Of a stretch of DNA of 64,000 nucleotides, positions 45,252-56,305 are shown piece by piece. Each line of letters opens with the position of its first letter. Position 1 is the stretch's first letter. The position numbers and the translations under genes were made by a program. The DNA comes from an uncultured archaeon (GTDB taxonomy: Archaea > Aenigmatarchaeota > Aenigmatarchaeia > CG10238-14 > SCSR01), in assembly GCA_964539655.1 (NCBI GenBank), contig CAZIJH010000002.1, positions 8,741-72,740 on the forward strand. Direction: 5' to 3'. Below the pieces are notes generated by a model, which was not told the DNA's origin, did no database searches, and saw nothing but the letters and a program-made list of their open reading frames with translations.

Positions 45252-46360
45252 AAATTCTGATGCTTTGCCCGATGTTGAGTAGCAGCTCGTTCATTACGAC
45301 CTATCCTCCGGCAAAAATATTGTCAAAGAAACACGAAGTGACCATAGTCGGGCCACTTTTCGGAAAAGAAAGTCCGTACGTGAAAGACAGCTCGTTAAAA
45401 TTTGAATATATCGAACCTGTAGTTAGACATCCTGTGCAAGTAGGAATGCTGAGCCTTTTCCCTAAAAATTTTTCACGTCTCATGAAAAATGATTACGATG
45501 TTGTGCATGTCTTCAAACTTCTACCGCACACCGCTCCAGCGGCGGCTTTCGCAAAGAAGTTCACAAAGAAACCGCTGGTTCTTTCGATAGACGACTATGA
45601 CGCAGTTGGTGGTGGTAACAACCCAGTCAAGAAAATGTTTCTGAAATGGGCTGAAAAATCTTACAAGTCCGCAGACTCCATATCAGTCTCGACAACATTT
45701 TTGCAGTCGATCTACGGGGGCGAAGTGATATATCAAGTGGCGAACGAGGAAATTTTTTTGGACCAGAAAATCGACGGCGACGAAATCCGCAAAAAATACG
45801 GGCTCGAAGACAAGATTGTTATTTTGCATGCTGGAACTTTGTACGAGCACAAGGGAGTGGACCTTCTTATAAAAGCCGTGCAGAAAATCGGAAGGCCCGA
45901 CGTGAAGTTGCTGATTGTCGGCGGCACGATAAACAACAACGAGATAGAATATTACAAAAACATTGCGGGAGAAGAAACAATTTTCACAGGGCATGTGCCG
46001 ATACAGGAAATTCCGAAATTTGTGGCAGCATGCGACATATACGCGATTCCCACGAAGCTTACGGACTACACGAGAGTCGAATTGCCTGCAAAAATTTTCG
46101 AGCCAATGATGATGGGCAAAGCGATAATATCCACTTCCATATCCGACGTGCCTGAAATTCTTGACAACGGAAATGCGGGAATAGTAGTGGAACCTAACAG
46201 CGTTGATTCTCTGGCAGATGGTCTCGACAAGCTGATCAACGAAAAAATTTTAAGGAAAAAGATTGGAATCAAAGCAAAGGAAAGGTACATTGAAAACTAC
46301 AGCTACGAGAATATCGAGAAGAAGTTGAATGTTGTTTATTCGAAGGTGGGCGTCTCATGA
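45248..46360 (+). CDS. Glycosyltransferase family 4 (GT-B)
   Basis: The EPMMMGKAIISTSISDVPEIL nucleotide-sugar binding region is present. Confidence 0.8.
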   Translation: MKILMLCPMLSSSSFITTYPPAKILSKKHEVTIVGPLFGKESPYVKDSSLKFEYIEPVVRHPVQVGMLSLFPKNFSRLMKNDYDVVHVFKLLPHTAPAAAFAKKFTKKPLVLSIDDYDAVGGGNNPVKKMFLKWAEKSYKSADSISVSTTFLQSIYGGEVIYQVANEEIFLDQKIDGDEIRKKYGLEDKIVILHAGTLYEHKGVDLLIKAVQKIGRPDVKLLIVGGTINNNEIEYYKNIAGEETIFTGHVPIQEIPKFVAACDIYAIPTKLTDYTRVELPAKIFEPMMMGKAIISTSISDVPEILDNGNAGIVVEPNSVDSLADGLDKLINEKILRKKIGIKAKERYIENYSYENIEKKLNVVYSKVGVS

Positions 46361-47436
46361 AAATAACCTTACTTGGCCACACAGTCCCTTACAGCGGAGT
46401 CACTGGAGTGAGCAGAGGAATCAGCAAATACATTTACAATCTCGGGCAGGGACTGGTGAATGACGGCAATGACGTCAGACTTTACGTAAGGGACGACGGC
46501 TTTCATGCAAGAGAAAACTGGGTGAAAAAAATACCAGCACCAACATTCTCCTGGATTCCGTATCCGATTTTCGCGTTGCCAAAAATTCTGATGACGAAAT
46601 CCGACATATTCCATTCGGATTGGATCACAACAGGATACCCGTTGGTCGTGGCGAGAAAAAAACATGTCGTCGTGTCTGCGCATGATGTGATACCATTTAC
46701 ATACGACTGGAAAAATCTCTCTCCTGGAGATAAGATACGGACTATGTGGTACATGAAATGTTTCAACGCAATCAAGAATGCAAATGCAATAATTTTCATG
46801 TCAGAGTACGCGAGAAGCGAAGCAAAAAAATACACTGACTTGAAAGACGACCAGATGTTCGTTGTTCACAACGGAATAGACCATTCGGCATTTTTCCCAG
46901 TAAAAAAACAGAAGCACAAAAAATTAAGGATCGGATATTTCGGCGGACTGGACGGAAGGAAAAATGTAACCTTGCTCGTAGAGAGCTTCAAAATTCTGAA
47001 CAAGATTTACGACAATTTGGAATTGCATGTCGGAGGCACCGGGAAAAATCTTGAAACATTCAGAAAAATGAAGATTCCAAACGCGCATTTTTACGGATAC
47101 ATACCCGACTCGAAGCTAAACGAATTCTGCAACTCGCTGGACATATTCGTGTTCCCCTCCCTCCAGGAAGGGTTTGGATTCATGCTGCTAGAAGCTATGT
47201 CGTGCGGTGTGCCGACGGTTGCGGTAAATTCCGGAAGTTCGCAGGAGATTGCTGGCAAAAATTCGCTCATGGTTCAGCCCATCATCGAAAGCATGGTAAA
47301 GGGGATTTCAAAACTGATCGAAAGCGAGAAATTGAGAGACAAACTCGCCGTCGGCGGACTAGACAGGTCCAATGAATTCACATGGGAGAAGTGTACCAAC
47401 GACACTTTAAATATTTATGAACGAATTATTGAGTAG
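46357..47436 (+). CDS. Glycosyltransferase family 4 (GT-B)
   Basis: EGFGFMLLEAMSCGVPTVAVNSGSSQEI is the EX7E motif region. Confidence 0.8.
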   Translation: MKITLLGHTVPYSGVTGVSRGISKYIYNLGQGLVNDGNDVRLYVRDDGFHARENWVKKIPAPTFSWIPYPIFALPKILMTKSDIFHSDWITTGYPLVVARKKHVVVSAHDVIPFTYDWKNLSPGDKIRTMWYMKCFNAIKNANAIIFMSEYARSEAKKYTDLKDDQMFVVHNGIDHSAFFPVKKQKHKKLRIGYFGGLDGRKNVTLLVESFKILNKIYDNLELHVGGTGKNLETFRKMKIPNAHFYGYIPDSKLNEFCNSLDIFVFPSLQEGFGFMLLEAMSCGVPTVAVNSGSSQEIAGKNSLMVQPIIESMVKGISKLIESEKLRDKLAVGGLDRSNEFTWEKCTNDTLNIYERIIE

Positions 47437-47442
47437 GATTTT

Positions 47443-48318
47443 ATGAAGCTGCTTGTCACAGGAGGTTCTGGTTTCATAGGTTCCCATCTGATCGAAAGGC
47501 TGGGGGCAGAAAACGAAATTGTGAATGTTGATATCGTGCAGCAGAGCAGCACTCACAAATCCCAATTTGTGAATTGCGATATAACAGATTATAAGATGCT
47601 CGCCGAGAAGCTAGGCGACAAGGTCAAAAATTTTGACGCGATCGTACATCTTGCAGCTCTTTCGCGCGAGGTGGAAAGCAACAAGAATCCGGAGGTGTAT
47701 TTCAAGACGAATGTCGACGGGACAATCAACATGCTCAGAATTGCGCGAGACTTCGGAATCAAAAAATTCATTTTCGCTTCTACTTATTTGGTCTACGGCG
47801 ATCGGACAGAGATGCCGGTCAACGAGGAAACCGTCCTGAATCCAAGAAGCATATATGCGTCCACAAAAGCCGCCGCCGAGTTCTTTTGCAACTCGTTCCG
47901 ATACATTTACGGAATAGATTCAATAATTTTCAGGCAGGCTCTTGTTTACGGAAAAAACGATCTCGAGAAGCGTGTTGTAAAACTGTTTATCGAGAAAGCA
48001 AGAAACGGCGAAAAGATTTCCGTATTTGGAAATAAGATTCTCGACTTCATTCATGTCAGCGACGTAGTCGACGCGTATACAAAAGCACTTTCGTACAGCA
48101 AGTCGGACACTTTCAATCTTGCCTCTGGAAAAGGAATTTCATTGGTCGAGTTGGCGGATAGCGTCAAGAAAATCATCAATCCGAATGTCGAAATACAGAA
48201 AGAGCAACAGCATGCCGGAGACGTGAGCACGTTCATTGCAGACATCTCAAAGTCGAGGAACATTTTAGGGTTCGAGCCGAAAAACAATCTAATCGAATTT
48301 ATCGAATCGGAAAAATAA
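47443..48318 (+). CDS. NAD-dependent sugar epimerase/dehydratase (GalE-like)
   Basis: LLVTGGSGFIGSH and YASTKAAAE. Confidence 0.8.
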   Translation: MKLLVTGGSGFIGSHLIERLGAENEIVNVDIVQQSSTHKSQFVNCDITDYKMLAEKLGDKVKNFDAIVHLAALSREVESNKNPEVYFKTNVDGTINMLRIARDFGIKKFIFASTYLVYGDRTEMPVNEETVLNPRSIYASTKAAAEFFCNSFRYIYGIDSIIFRQALVYGKNDLEKRVVKLFIEKARNGEKISVFGNKILDFIHVSDVVDAYTKALSYSKSDTFNLASGKGISLVELADSVKKIINPNVEIQKEQQHAGDVSTFIADISKSRNILGFEPKNNLIEFIESEK

Positions 48319-48349
48319 TTTTTATTCGTCAACAATCATAAGTGATAGC

Positions 48350-49327
48350 ATGAAGGAACCTCTCGTAAGCATCGTTTTGTTGACTTGGAACCTCGCTGGA
48401 GAAGCGATTAACTGCATGAATTCGTTGAAAAAGCAGTCCTACAAGAATTTCGAAGTGATTCTGGTCGACAACGGATCGAGGAAGGAAGAAGTAGACAAGC
48501 TAAAAAAGTACATAAAGGGAAACAGGTCTCTTAGGATCAGGCCGGTATTCAACAAAGAGAATTTGGGATTTTGCGAAGGGAACAACGTCGGGGTGCGAGC
48601 TTCCAAAGGAAAGTACGTCGTATTCCTCAGCGACGACACGATACTTGACAGGAATTGGATAAAATTTTTGGTAGAACCCTTCTTCAAAGGAGAGAATGTG
48701 GGCGGAACCGCCTCGAAAATAGTCTTCTACGGGAGAGGGAAAGAAAACATCCTCCAGTACGCCGGAGGAAAAATAAAATTCTACGGCAAGCCTGTCAGCG
48801 AAGGACTGACGATGAAAGACGGCAGGCAGTTCAGCCAGCAGAAACAAACTCTGTGGGGGCAGGGATGCTCGATAATGTTCCCGAGAAAAGTCCTCGACGA
48901 GCTCGACGAATATTTCTGCAAGCAGTTTTTCATCTACTACGACGATGTTGATCTGTGCTGGCGCGTCAACAATCTCGGCTACAAAATAATTTACGTACCA
49001 CGGTCAGTTGTGTATCACAAAGGGTCTGTCTCGGTAATGTCGGACAAGCAGATGAGCCAGAAACAGCTTTTCCTGAACATCAGGAACAAGTACCTCGCAT
49101 TCTGGAGAAATTTGAAAATTCTGGATTTCCTGCTCGTGTTCCCATTTGTAATCGCCTACGATCTGGTCAAGGGATTTTATTTCATGCTGTACAAAGGACG
49201 GACTGCTTTCTACGGAAGCAGGTTCAATTATATGACGAGCACGATAAAATCGATTTTCGGATTCTTCAGTCTCATGTTTTCAGTGAAGAGGCCAAGGAAA
49301 GGAAGTCTTTCCGACCTGGACTGGTGA
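48350..49327 (+). CDS. Glycosyltransferase family 2 (GT-A)
   Basis: VSIVLLTWN... plus DD and DxD motifs (LVDNGS, LSDD). Confidence 0.8.
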   Translation: MKEPLVSIVLLTWNLAGEAINCMNSLKKQSYKNFEVILVDNGSRKEEVDKLKKYIKGNRSLRIRPVFNKENLGFCEGNNVGVRASKGKYVVFLSDDTILDRNWIKFLVEPFFKGENVGGTASKIVFYGRGKENILQYAGGKIKFYGKPVSEGLTMKDGRQFSQQKQTLWGQGCSIMFPRKVLDELDEYFCKQFFIYYDDVDLCWRVNNLGYKIIYVPRSVVYHKGSVSVMSDKQMSQKQLFLNIRNKYLAFWRNLKILDFLLVFPFVIAYDLVKGFYFMLYKGRTAFYGSRFNYMTSTIKSIFGFFSLMFSVKRPRKGSLSDLDW

Positions 49328-49331
49328 TCGA

Positions 49332-49925
49332 ATGGAAGAATCTCATCCAATACGGCAGGACATCGTTCTGAAAATGGTCGGCAATCCACAGAAAGTCTTG
49401 AACCTCGGCGACGTGAATGACAGCTGGCTGACAAAGAAGCTGAAAGAAAAGTCCGAAGTTACAACGATAGACGTCAGACCGAATGCCGACATAAAAGCTA
49501 ATCTGGAAAACAGAATACCCCTGGACAACGAATCGTTCGACCTGGTCGTTGCAGGAGAAATAATAGAGCACATCTACCATGCAAAGAATCTTTTGAAAGA
49601 AATATCCAGAATTCTCAAGCCGAACGGGCATCTTATTCTAACAACTCCGAACATCTGCTCGCTTGCAAACAGAATAAAAATGATTTTCGGAAAGCTCCCG
49701 TCCAACTGCGCGTCCGCCGACGAGTTTGATCCAGAGTTCGGCGGCCACATAAGAGATTTCAATCTCGATCTTGTAAGAAAATTGCTAAACGAAACTGGAT
49801 TCAAAATAGTTTCTGAAAAAACAGACGGCGTCATCATACGCAACAGAAAAATATTGCCGTTTTCGCCAAAGACGTGGGGGTTCAGCATAATAATTAAAAG
49901 CGTGAAGAGCAGTGTTCAAGTATGA
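49332..49925 (+). CDS. Class I SAM-dependent methyltransferase
   Basis: VLNLGDVNDS (motif I-like) and LKPNGHLILTTPN. Confidence 0.7.
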   Translation: MEESHPIRQDIVLKMVGNPQKVLNLGDVNDSWLTKKLKEKSEVTTIDVRPNADIKANLENRIPLDNESFDLVVAGEIIEHIYHAKNLLKEISRILKPNGHLILTTPNICSLANRIKMIFGKLPSNCASADEFDPEFGGHIRDFNLDLVRKLLNETGFKIVSEKTDGVIIRNRKILPFSPKTWGFSIIIKSVKSSVQV

Positions 49926-50896
49926 AGATAGTAGTCCCGTTCTATCCAATTGATGTTAAGGGGAAGGAGGATTATTTCAAACTCGCTGCCGACGTAACGG
50001 GCGGTGAAATGGTTTCGGTCACGGGAAAAAGCAATCTCGAAATCATAAAAAAAATTACCGGAGAAGATGTCCACGCACATGGAAGAGGGTTTCCTTTCCC
50101 CGAATCCTGCGGGATATTTGCAAAAAAATCGATATACACGCCGCACTTCAACACTATAGGCCAGACATGGTGGACGAGGAAAGCTAGGAGGATCGTTTTC
50201 AACAGGTACAACAAAATAATCGCGCTCACAAAGTATGCGAAAAATAATTTTATCAAAGAAGGAATAGATTCTAAAAAAATAGAAGTGCTTCCTTTGCCTG
50301 TTGATTTTGATTTCTTTTCAAAGAACAGAGACGGAAAAAAATTCAGAAAAAAATTCGATTTGGGAAATGAAAAATTTGTGTTGGCTGTCGGAGCGCGCGG
50401 CGTGAAGAATCCTAAAGTAATTATCGATGCGTGCCAGAAAGTTGGGATAAAACTTGTTTTTGCAGGGCACAAAAATCCGAAGGACATCAAAAAGGGATTC
50501 GAATGGCTGCTTCCTCCAAAATTGGCTAATTTGGATAACGTAATATTTACCGGACTACTTTCACGCGAAGAAATGAGAGGCGCATTTAGTTCAGCTACTA
50601 TATTTGCAAACTCTTCAGACTACGAATCATTCGGACTTGCAGTGTACGAATCGGCAGCCGCTGGTTTGCCAATGTGTCTTCCAAAAATAGGAACGTTTGA
50701 CTTGTTCAACAATTGTGCATTGTTCCACAATAGTAAAAATTCAAATGAGCTTGCAAATAATATTGAAAAATATATTGATGACAAAAATTTGTTTAACAAA
50801 AATAAGAAAGGGGCAAAAAGAATATCAAAGAATTTCAATTATCCTATTGTGAGAAAGATGCATGAGAAATTCTATCAGGAGGCCGGAGTGATATGA
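49922..50896 (+). CDS. Glycosyltransferase (GT4-like, short)
   Basis: C-terminal YESFGLAVYESAAAGLPMCLPKIG is the EX7E region. Confidence 0.65.
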   Translation: MKIVVPFYPIDVKGKEDYFKLAADVTGGEMVSVTGKSNLEIIKKITGEDVHAHGRGFPFPESCGIFAKKSIYTPHFNTIGQTWWTRKARRIVFNRYNKIIALTKYAKNNFIKEGIDSKKIEVLPLPVDFDFFSKNRDGKKFRKKFDLGNEKFVLAVGARGVKNPKVIIDACQKVGIKLVFAGHKNPKDIKKGFEWLLPPKLANLDNVIFTGLLSREEMRGAFSSATIFANSSDYESFGLAVYESAAAGLPMCLPKIGTFDLFNNCALFHNSKNSNELANNIEKYIDDKNLFNKNKKGAKRISKNFNYPIVRKMHEKFYQEAGVI

Positions 50897-51999
50897 AAGT
50901 CTGTCTGAGGCGGGGATACCATCACATGTTCGACGAGCTTGTAAATCATCCCCCGAAGGGAGTAACTTACGAAATTCCGAAACTCGTTTCCCCATCAAAG
51001 CAGTCTGGTTTTAAGAACGAGCTAAAGAGAAAAATTTGGAGAATCTATGCGAACACTTTCAACCAGCCGAACAGTTTCTACATCCCTTCTGTCGGGAACG
51101 CCGATCTCATACATTCCGGAAGCGGATTCCTAATTAAAAATAAAATGCCATGGGTCATTGATTTGGAGCATGTCGCTTCGTTTGTAGGATTCCAGACAGG
51201 ACGGCTCGATAAAGTCAAGACAAAAGTCGAGAATGCATTGGCTTCCCCATTCTGCAAAAAAATCCTTCCGTGGACGCACGCAGGAGAGATGTCCATAAGA
51301 AACTCTCTCGACACCAGCAAGTTTGACGATAAGATAAAAATTGTATATCCTGCAATGACTCCATTGAAAGTAAAAAAGAAAAAACATGACAAGACGAATC
51401 TTCTTTTCGTCAGCATAAGATTTTTCACGAAAGGCGGTATGGAATTGCTACAGGCGTACGATGTTTTGAAAAACAAGATGGATGTAAATCTCACAGTGAT
51501 CAGCGATGTTCCTGAAAAATTAAGAGAAAAGTATCAGGATGTCGAATTTCATGAGCCCAACATCCCAAGAGAGAAAATTCTCGACGAATATTTTTCGAAG
51601 GCCGATGTTTTTGTTCTGCCATCATACATGGATACTTTTGGAATGGTGTTTCTCGAATCGATGAGCGCCGGAGTTCCGATAGTGAGCACGAACGTGTTCG
51701 CAATCCCGGAAATGATCGAAGGTGCAGGTCTGATCACAAATGTCGACAAATATTCCTGGTACGGAAAAGATTACTTGTTCGCGTGGAAAACTTGGGAGAA
51801 GTTCTCGCATTATGTCGAAGTCAAAAAGAAGCCCGAAGTTGTAGATTCCCTGGTTGAGAATATTTCAACCATAGTCAACGATCAAGGCTTGAAAAATAAA
51901 ATGATCAGGAACGGCAGGGAGAAAATAGAGAAAGGCAAGTTTTCAATCCAAAATAGAAACAAGGCGCTGAAAGAAATCTACGAAGAGGCTGTCTTATAA
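50893..51999 (+). CDS. Glycosyltransferase family 4
   Basis: MDTFGMVFLESMSAGVPIVSTNVFAIPEMIEGAGL. Confidence 0.75.
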   Translation: MKVCLRRGYHHMFDELVNHPPKGVTYEIPKLVSPSKQSGFKNELKRKIWRIYANTFNQPNSFYIPSVGNADLIHSGSGFLIKNKMPWVIDLEHVASFVGFQTGRLDKVKTKVENALASPFCKKILPWTHAGEMSIRNSLDTSKFDDKIKIVYPAMTPLKVKKKKHDKTNLLFVSIRFFTKGGMELLQAYDVLKNKMDVNLTVISDVPEKLREKYQDVEFHEPNIPREKILDEYFSKADVFVLPSYMDTFGMVFLESMSAGVPIVSTNVFAIPEMIEGAGLITNVDKYSWYGKDYLFAWKTWEKFSHYVEVKKKPEVVDSLVENISTIVNDQGLKNKMIRNGREKIEKGKFSIQNRNKALKEIYEEAVL

Positions 52000-53574
52000 T
52001 TTCTTGAGAGCGTAAACTGTACCAGAATTCTCTCCAAAGGGCAGCAAACCAAAGTAATCAACCGAATGGATTTCTTCATAACCGTCAAGTACGCTGAAGG
52101 AAATAACATACTCGTCGCTTATGCTGTATCCCCATCCGTGCCAGTTAACAGCTCCCGGAGGATCGTTGCACTTCACGAAAAACTTTTCCGCATTGTATTC
52201 GAACCCGCCGTCAATCAGATTCTCGTCAACTCCGCTAGACAAAAGATAGTTTATGTTGTCCCATCTCGCCTGGTTCCAGTTCCAATAATCGTACAATCCG
52301 TAGAAGGACCACGCAGCGAAAATTATTATTCCAACTGCCAAAAATTTCCTACCATATCGCAAATCTCTTATCGAGTGAAGCATGAACGGCAGCATGAGCA
52401 CGATAAAAATCATCAAATACCTTTCATAGAAAGCCTTGATGAAAAGTATCGCTAAAATTTCTGCAATCAAAATGTAAAAAATGAATTTGTATTTCTTGTC
52501 GTTGGCAAGCGAGAGGGCATGAATCAGGATCGACGTTGCACTCACCATACTTAGCAGCGTTATGGGAACCCAGAAAATTTCTGGAAAGATATTATTTTTC
52601 TCACCTGAAATTGCATTCACAGTTGCACCCAGTCCAAGATTGCTTGAGAGAGACGTCGAATAAAATATAGGATCTTTCTGAACGATGTTGATGAAGAGTA
52701 ACCATCCAATCATCGCGACAACTAGCGAAGTTACAATTATTTTGTAAATATTTTTCAGCTTCCTGAATTCCGAGACGACACTCTTGTAATTAGCAATGTA
52801 AATCAAACTTACTGGAAGGAAAAAGTATCCTATGAATAGTCCTCCTTTCCCGAGCGTTCTCAATATGTTTCCGCCGAGAGTGAAGTAGCTAGTGATGCAG
52901 TCCGACGGTCCGTGAACGTAATAGTACCAGTAGAACCACAGGGAAACGAGCGATATCGGAAGTATTATGAGCAGCAAAATATTTTTCAGCTTCAGAAGTT
53001 CGCTTCTCTTGTTGAGCATATAATATAGTGCCAAACCGAGTATCGGTGCAAGTCCATACTGCCTGATGCCGAATGCGAGTGCCGAGAATATTATTCCGAA
53101 TAGAATATATTTGTACTTCCTTTCCTGCACACCGTTGTACATGAAGATGAAAGACAGTGTGACCAAACTCAGCGCCGGAACGTCCGTCATGAAAGTGTGG
53201 CTGAGATAGAAGTAGACCGGGTTGAAAAGAAATAAAAGTGATCCGAGAAATGCAAATTTCCTTCCGACAAGCTTTCTCAAGAATATGTAGACGGATACGA
53301 CGGTTATTCCACTCAGAATTATTGTAGCTATGATCAAACTCGAATGGCTGAAACCTATGATGCTTGATACGAGCGCGCCGTAGAGTCCTTGCAGCACGAA
53401 TGTCATCGAGATGTTGGCATGCAATCTGAAATTTCCGTTAAGAAAATTTTCAACTGTGCTATAGTATGCGTAGTCGTCTCCCGACGAGAAATTTTTAATC
53501 GGAATTATCAAAAGGCTGGCGAAAACCAGCGGAATCAAAATGAGTAGCAGCTTGTCTTTGAACATCCTAACCAA
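51994..53574 (-). CDS. GT-C fold glycosyltransferase (ArnT/PMT-like, GT39/GT83 family), 12-13 TM
   Basis: A polytopic membrane protein with a DDYAYY acidic motif in its first extracytoplasmic loop, like the DExxY motif of PMT/ArnT. There is no WWDYG, so it is not AglB/STT3. Confidence 0.6.
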   Translation of the reverse strand: MVRMFKDKLLLILIPLVFASLLIIPIKNFSSGDDYAYYSTVENFLNGNFRLHANISMTFVLQGLYGALVSSIIGFSHSSLIIATIILSGITVVSVYIFLRKLVGRKFAFLGSLLFLFNPVYFYLSHTFMTDVPALSLVTLSFIFMYNGVQERKYKYILFGIIFSALAFGIRQYGLAPILGLALYYMLNKRSELLKLKNILLLIILPISLVSLWFYWYYYVHGPSDCITSYFTLGGNILRTLGKGGLFIGYFFLPVSLIYIANYKSVVSEFRKLKNIYKIIVTSLVVAMIGWLLFINIVQKDPIFYSTSLSSNLGLGATVNAISGEKNNIFPEIFWVPITLLSMVSATSILIHALSLANDKKYKFIFYILIAEILAILFIKAFYERYLMIFIVLMLPFMLHSIRDLRYGRKFLAVGIIIFAAWSFYGLYDYWNWNQARWDNINYLLSSGVDENLIDGGFEYNAEKFFVKCNDPPGAVNWHGWGYSISDEYVISFSVLDGYEEIHSVDYFGLLPFGENSGTVYALKKL

Positions 53575-54223
53575 CTTTCTGCCCTATCATCAGCAGAGTC
53601 ATACCCATATGTAATTTTTCTGCGGCCTTTTCGATGATTTTGTTTCCCGATTTTCCTTCGCTGAACGGGTTCCTGAAAAGGATTTCCTTTATCGCGATTA
53701 TCTTGAACCCGTATTTCTTCATGAATTTTCTCGCTTCGAATCTTGAGATTGCATCCTCTTTCTGCAGCATCTGGAAAACTGACGTCATCGGGTTCAGCTT
53801 GTTCGGCTCGCAGAAGACAAGATAGCCGTTCGGCTTCAGTACGCGCCTTATTTCCTTGAACATCCTGTCCCTGTTTTTCACGTGATGTATTATGCTCACT
53901 CCGAACACCATGTCCATTGTGTTATCTTTCAGTGGAATATCCGTTGCGTCTGCGACGACGTAATCGCATTTCACTTCTTTCCTCGCAATCTCGATCATCT
54001 GAGGATCTATGTCGCTCGCTATAACGTGGTCGAAATCTTTTGCAAGAAACTTCGTATAAATTCCGCTTCCGCAGCCCAGCTCGAAAACTTTCCACTTTCT
54101 GTTCTTTTTCAGAATCTCGAAAATCTTTTTGTACTTGTCGTAATGGAATCCGCTCTTAGGGTTCCTCGCTATGTGATAATATTGCGCTCCCTTCGATCCA
54201 GAAATCTTGCCGATTATCGACAC
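53567..54223 (-). CDS. Class I SAM-dependent methyltransferase
   Basis: VFELGCGSGIYTKFLA and DHVIASDIDPQMI. Confidence 0.75.
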   Translation of the reverse strand: MSIIGKISGSKGAQYYHIARNPKSGFHYDKYKKIFEILKKNRKWKVFELGCGSGIYTKFLAKDFDHVIASDIDPQMIEIARKEVKCDYVVADATDIPLKDNTMDMVFGVSIIHHVKNRDRMFKEIRRVLKPNGYLVFCEPNKLNPMTSVFQMLQKEDAISRFEARKFMKKYGFKIIAIKEILFRNPFSEGKSGNKIIEKAAEKLHMGMTLLMIGQKVG

Positions 54224-54227
54224 GGTT

Positions 54228-54905
54228 TCACCTGAACATCGCCCTCAGGAGCATCGATATCATGTTGTATCCGTGCCTGAAACTTTTCATCTTTGAATAT
54301 CCTTTCTTCCTTTTCTGGTAATGAATAGGAACTTCCTTTATTCTCAGTCCCATCTTCTTCGCCTCGAGTATGTATTCGAAATCTGGCCAGCTGTTCTCCT
54401 TCAGATTTTTTTCTATCGTGTTCCTTCTGAACGCCTTGAACCCGCACAGCGTGTCCGTGAGCCTCTGTCTTATCATCATCGATACGACGAGAGCGAATCC
54501 GAAGTTTCCTATAACGTGCAACTTTTTCATTGCGCCTTTCTCCATCGGAAGGATCATTCTCGTGCCGTTCACGAAATCCGCTTCGTTGTTCCTTATCGGC
54601 TTTATGATGTTGAGAATTTCTTTCGTAGCCATGTCGGCATCCTGCACAACAATTATTTCTCCGCTTGATGCTTTCATTCCAGCCCTTAGAGCGTATCCTT
54701 TGCCGCGATTCGGCGTATAGCTCACAAGTTTTATTCCCTTTATCCTCGAAGCGACTTCATCCGTCCTGTCTCTCGAACCGTCATTGACAACTACGATCTC
54801 GTGGCTGACATCTTTCATTACCTGTTTCACTTTGTCGACGCATTCAACAAGGCCCTGCTCCTCGTTGTATGCCGGGATTATGACGCTGACTTCAGGATGT
54901 TTCAT
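54228..54905 (-). CDS. GT2 polyprenyl-/dolichyl-phosphate glycosyltransferase (Dpm1/ArnC/GtrB-like)
   Basis: VSVIIPAYNEE, VVNDGSRDRT and VQDADMAT are the DxD-type motifs. Confidence 0.8.
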   Translation of the reverse strand: MKHPEVSVIIPAYNEEQGLVECVDKVKQVMKDVSHEIVVVNDGSRDRTDEVASRIKGIKLVSYTPNRGKGYALRAGMKASSGEIIVVQDADMATKEILNIIKPIRNNEADFVNGTRMILPMEKGAMKKLHVIGNFGFALVVSMMIRQRLTDTLCGFKAFRRNTIEKNLKENSWPDFEYILEAKKMGLRIKEVPIHYQKRKKGYSKMKSFRHGYNMISMLLRAMFR

Positions 54906-54937
54906 TAAATCAAATCCGATTCTTTTGTATTAAAATA

Positions 54938-56305
54938 TTATTTTTTATAAATTATTGTTTTGTCTGTCCTGAATCCGACCTTGAAATCGTCCTGGTTCGC
55001 AAACGGATCTACATATGGAGCTTCGAACAATGTCACCATCACGCAATTAACGCTGTGTTTGACAGCTATCTCCAACGAAGAATTCAGATCAGGCCTGAGC
55101 GGGACGCTCTCAAATCCGCTGTAATACCAAACTTGGGTCTTGGAATTGCTCATAACAGGAGAATTACAGTTGTCCTTCGTCCACATGATCGAACTTTTCG
55201 CTTCTGCATATCTCGGATAATTAGCAAACACGCTAGCGAAATAAAATCCGATGAAAATGTTTGCGAGCATCAATGAAATGAAAATATATGTGCCGATTTT
55301 CTTGTACTTCTTCAATATAGTCACAGTTCCCGCAGCGCCGACCAAGAATGCAAGCGGCAGAATGTGGACAAGATATCTTTCCTCTGCCACTTTTCCGAAC
55401 ACGAATATCTGCGCGAGAAATAGAATTGCTATACCTGCAAGGATGAGAATCCAATTCTTGTTGTTCCTTACTTTGTAGATTCCGTACAGCACGAGAGGGA
55501 AGGAAGTTCCGAGCACGACGAAAAGATATGGAATATACAGTAATGTTACTGAAGGGTTGAATCCCAAATCGGACGAAGCCTGGTGGGCCGACCCGCCTAT
55601 CGGATTTCCGAATACGTTCAGGTTGAAAATTATCCACGGTGCAATCACAAGCAACGCGACAATTATCCCGACAGCGAAATTCCTATCTACAAGTATCTTA
55701 ATTTTTCTTGAAAGAAGAACATACGATAAAAGCAGAATTATCAGCAAGGCTCCGTACTGGTATCTTGTCAGGAATGTCAGCGCCGCCAACAGGGGAACAG
55801 TAACCAGATATTTTTTATTTTTTAGCGCGTAGAAAAACGCGATTAGAGAAAGGACGAAGAAAAATATTGCCGTGCTCTCTGTCAGCGGCCTTGTTCCGAG
55901 CAAAAACAATGCTGGATTGAAAAATGCGAGCAATGCAGAAATCTTAGCGATTTTCTTGTCGAACAGGATCTTTCCGAGATAGTAGAAAAGAATTATCGAT
56001 AGAGAGCCGAACAGCGGTCCTACGATTAATGCCCCGATTTCTCCGAACGCAAAAAAGAACGGCGTAAGTATGAGCGGATGCAGCGGAGAGATGAACCTTT
56101 CCTCGTCGTCAGGATAAGTGACTGTCTCGTTGTTCACACTGTATTCAAACGGCGCATGGCCGAACTCTCCTGTCATCGCCATCTTCTTCGCGGTGTAAAG
56201 GTAGAGCGACTCGTCGACCCCGAATCCGTCCGACATCAACGCGAATGGGAGCTTGAGCAACAGGCTAGCAACGAAAATGATTACCAAAAAATTTCTTTCT
56301 TTCAT
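54938..56305 (-). CDS. GT-C fold glycosyltransferase (ArnT/PMT-like), multi-TM
   Basis: GFGVDESLYLY is a DExxY-type loop motif, and about 11 TM helices are predicted. Confidence 0.6.
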   Translation of the reverse strand: MKERNFLVIIFVASLLLKLPFALMSDGFGVDESLYLYTAKKMAMTGEFGHAPFEYSVNNETVTYPDDEERFISPLHPLILTPFFFAFGEIGALIVGPLFGSLSIILFYYLGKILFDKKIAKISALLAFFNPALFLLGTRPLTESTAIFFFVLSLIAFFYALKNKKYLVTVPLLAALTFLTRYQYGALLIILLLSYVLLSRKIKILVDRNFAVGIIVALLVIAPWIIFNLNVFGNPIGGSAHQASSDLGFNPSVTLLYIPYLFVVLGTSFPLVLYGIYKVRNNKNWILILAGIAILFLAQIFVFGKVAEERYLVHILPLAFLVGAAGTVTILKKYKKIGTYIFISLMLANIFIGFYFASVFANYPRYAEAKSSIMWTKDNCNSPVMSNSKTQVWYYSGFESVPLRPDLNSSLEIAVKHSVNCVMVTLFEAPYVDPFANQDDFKVGFRTDKTIIYKK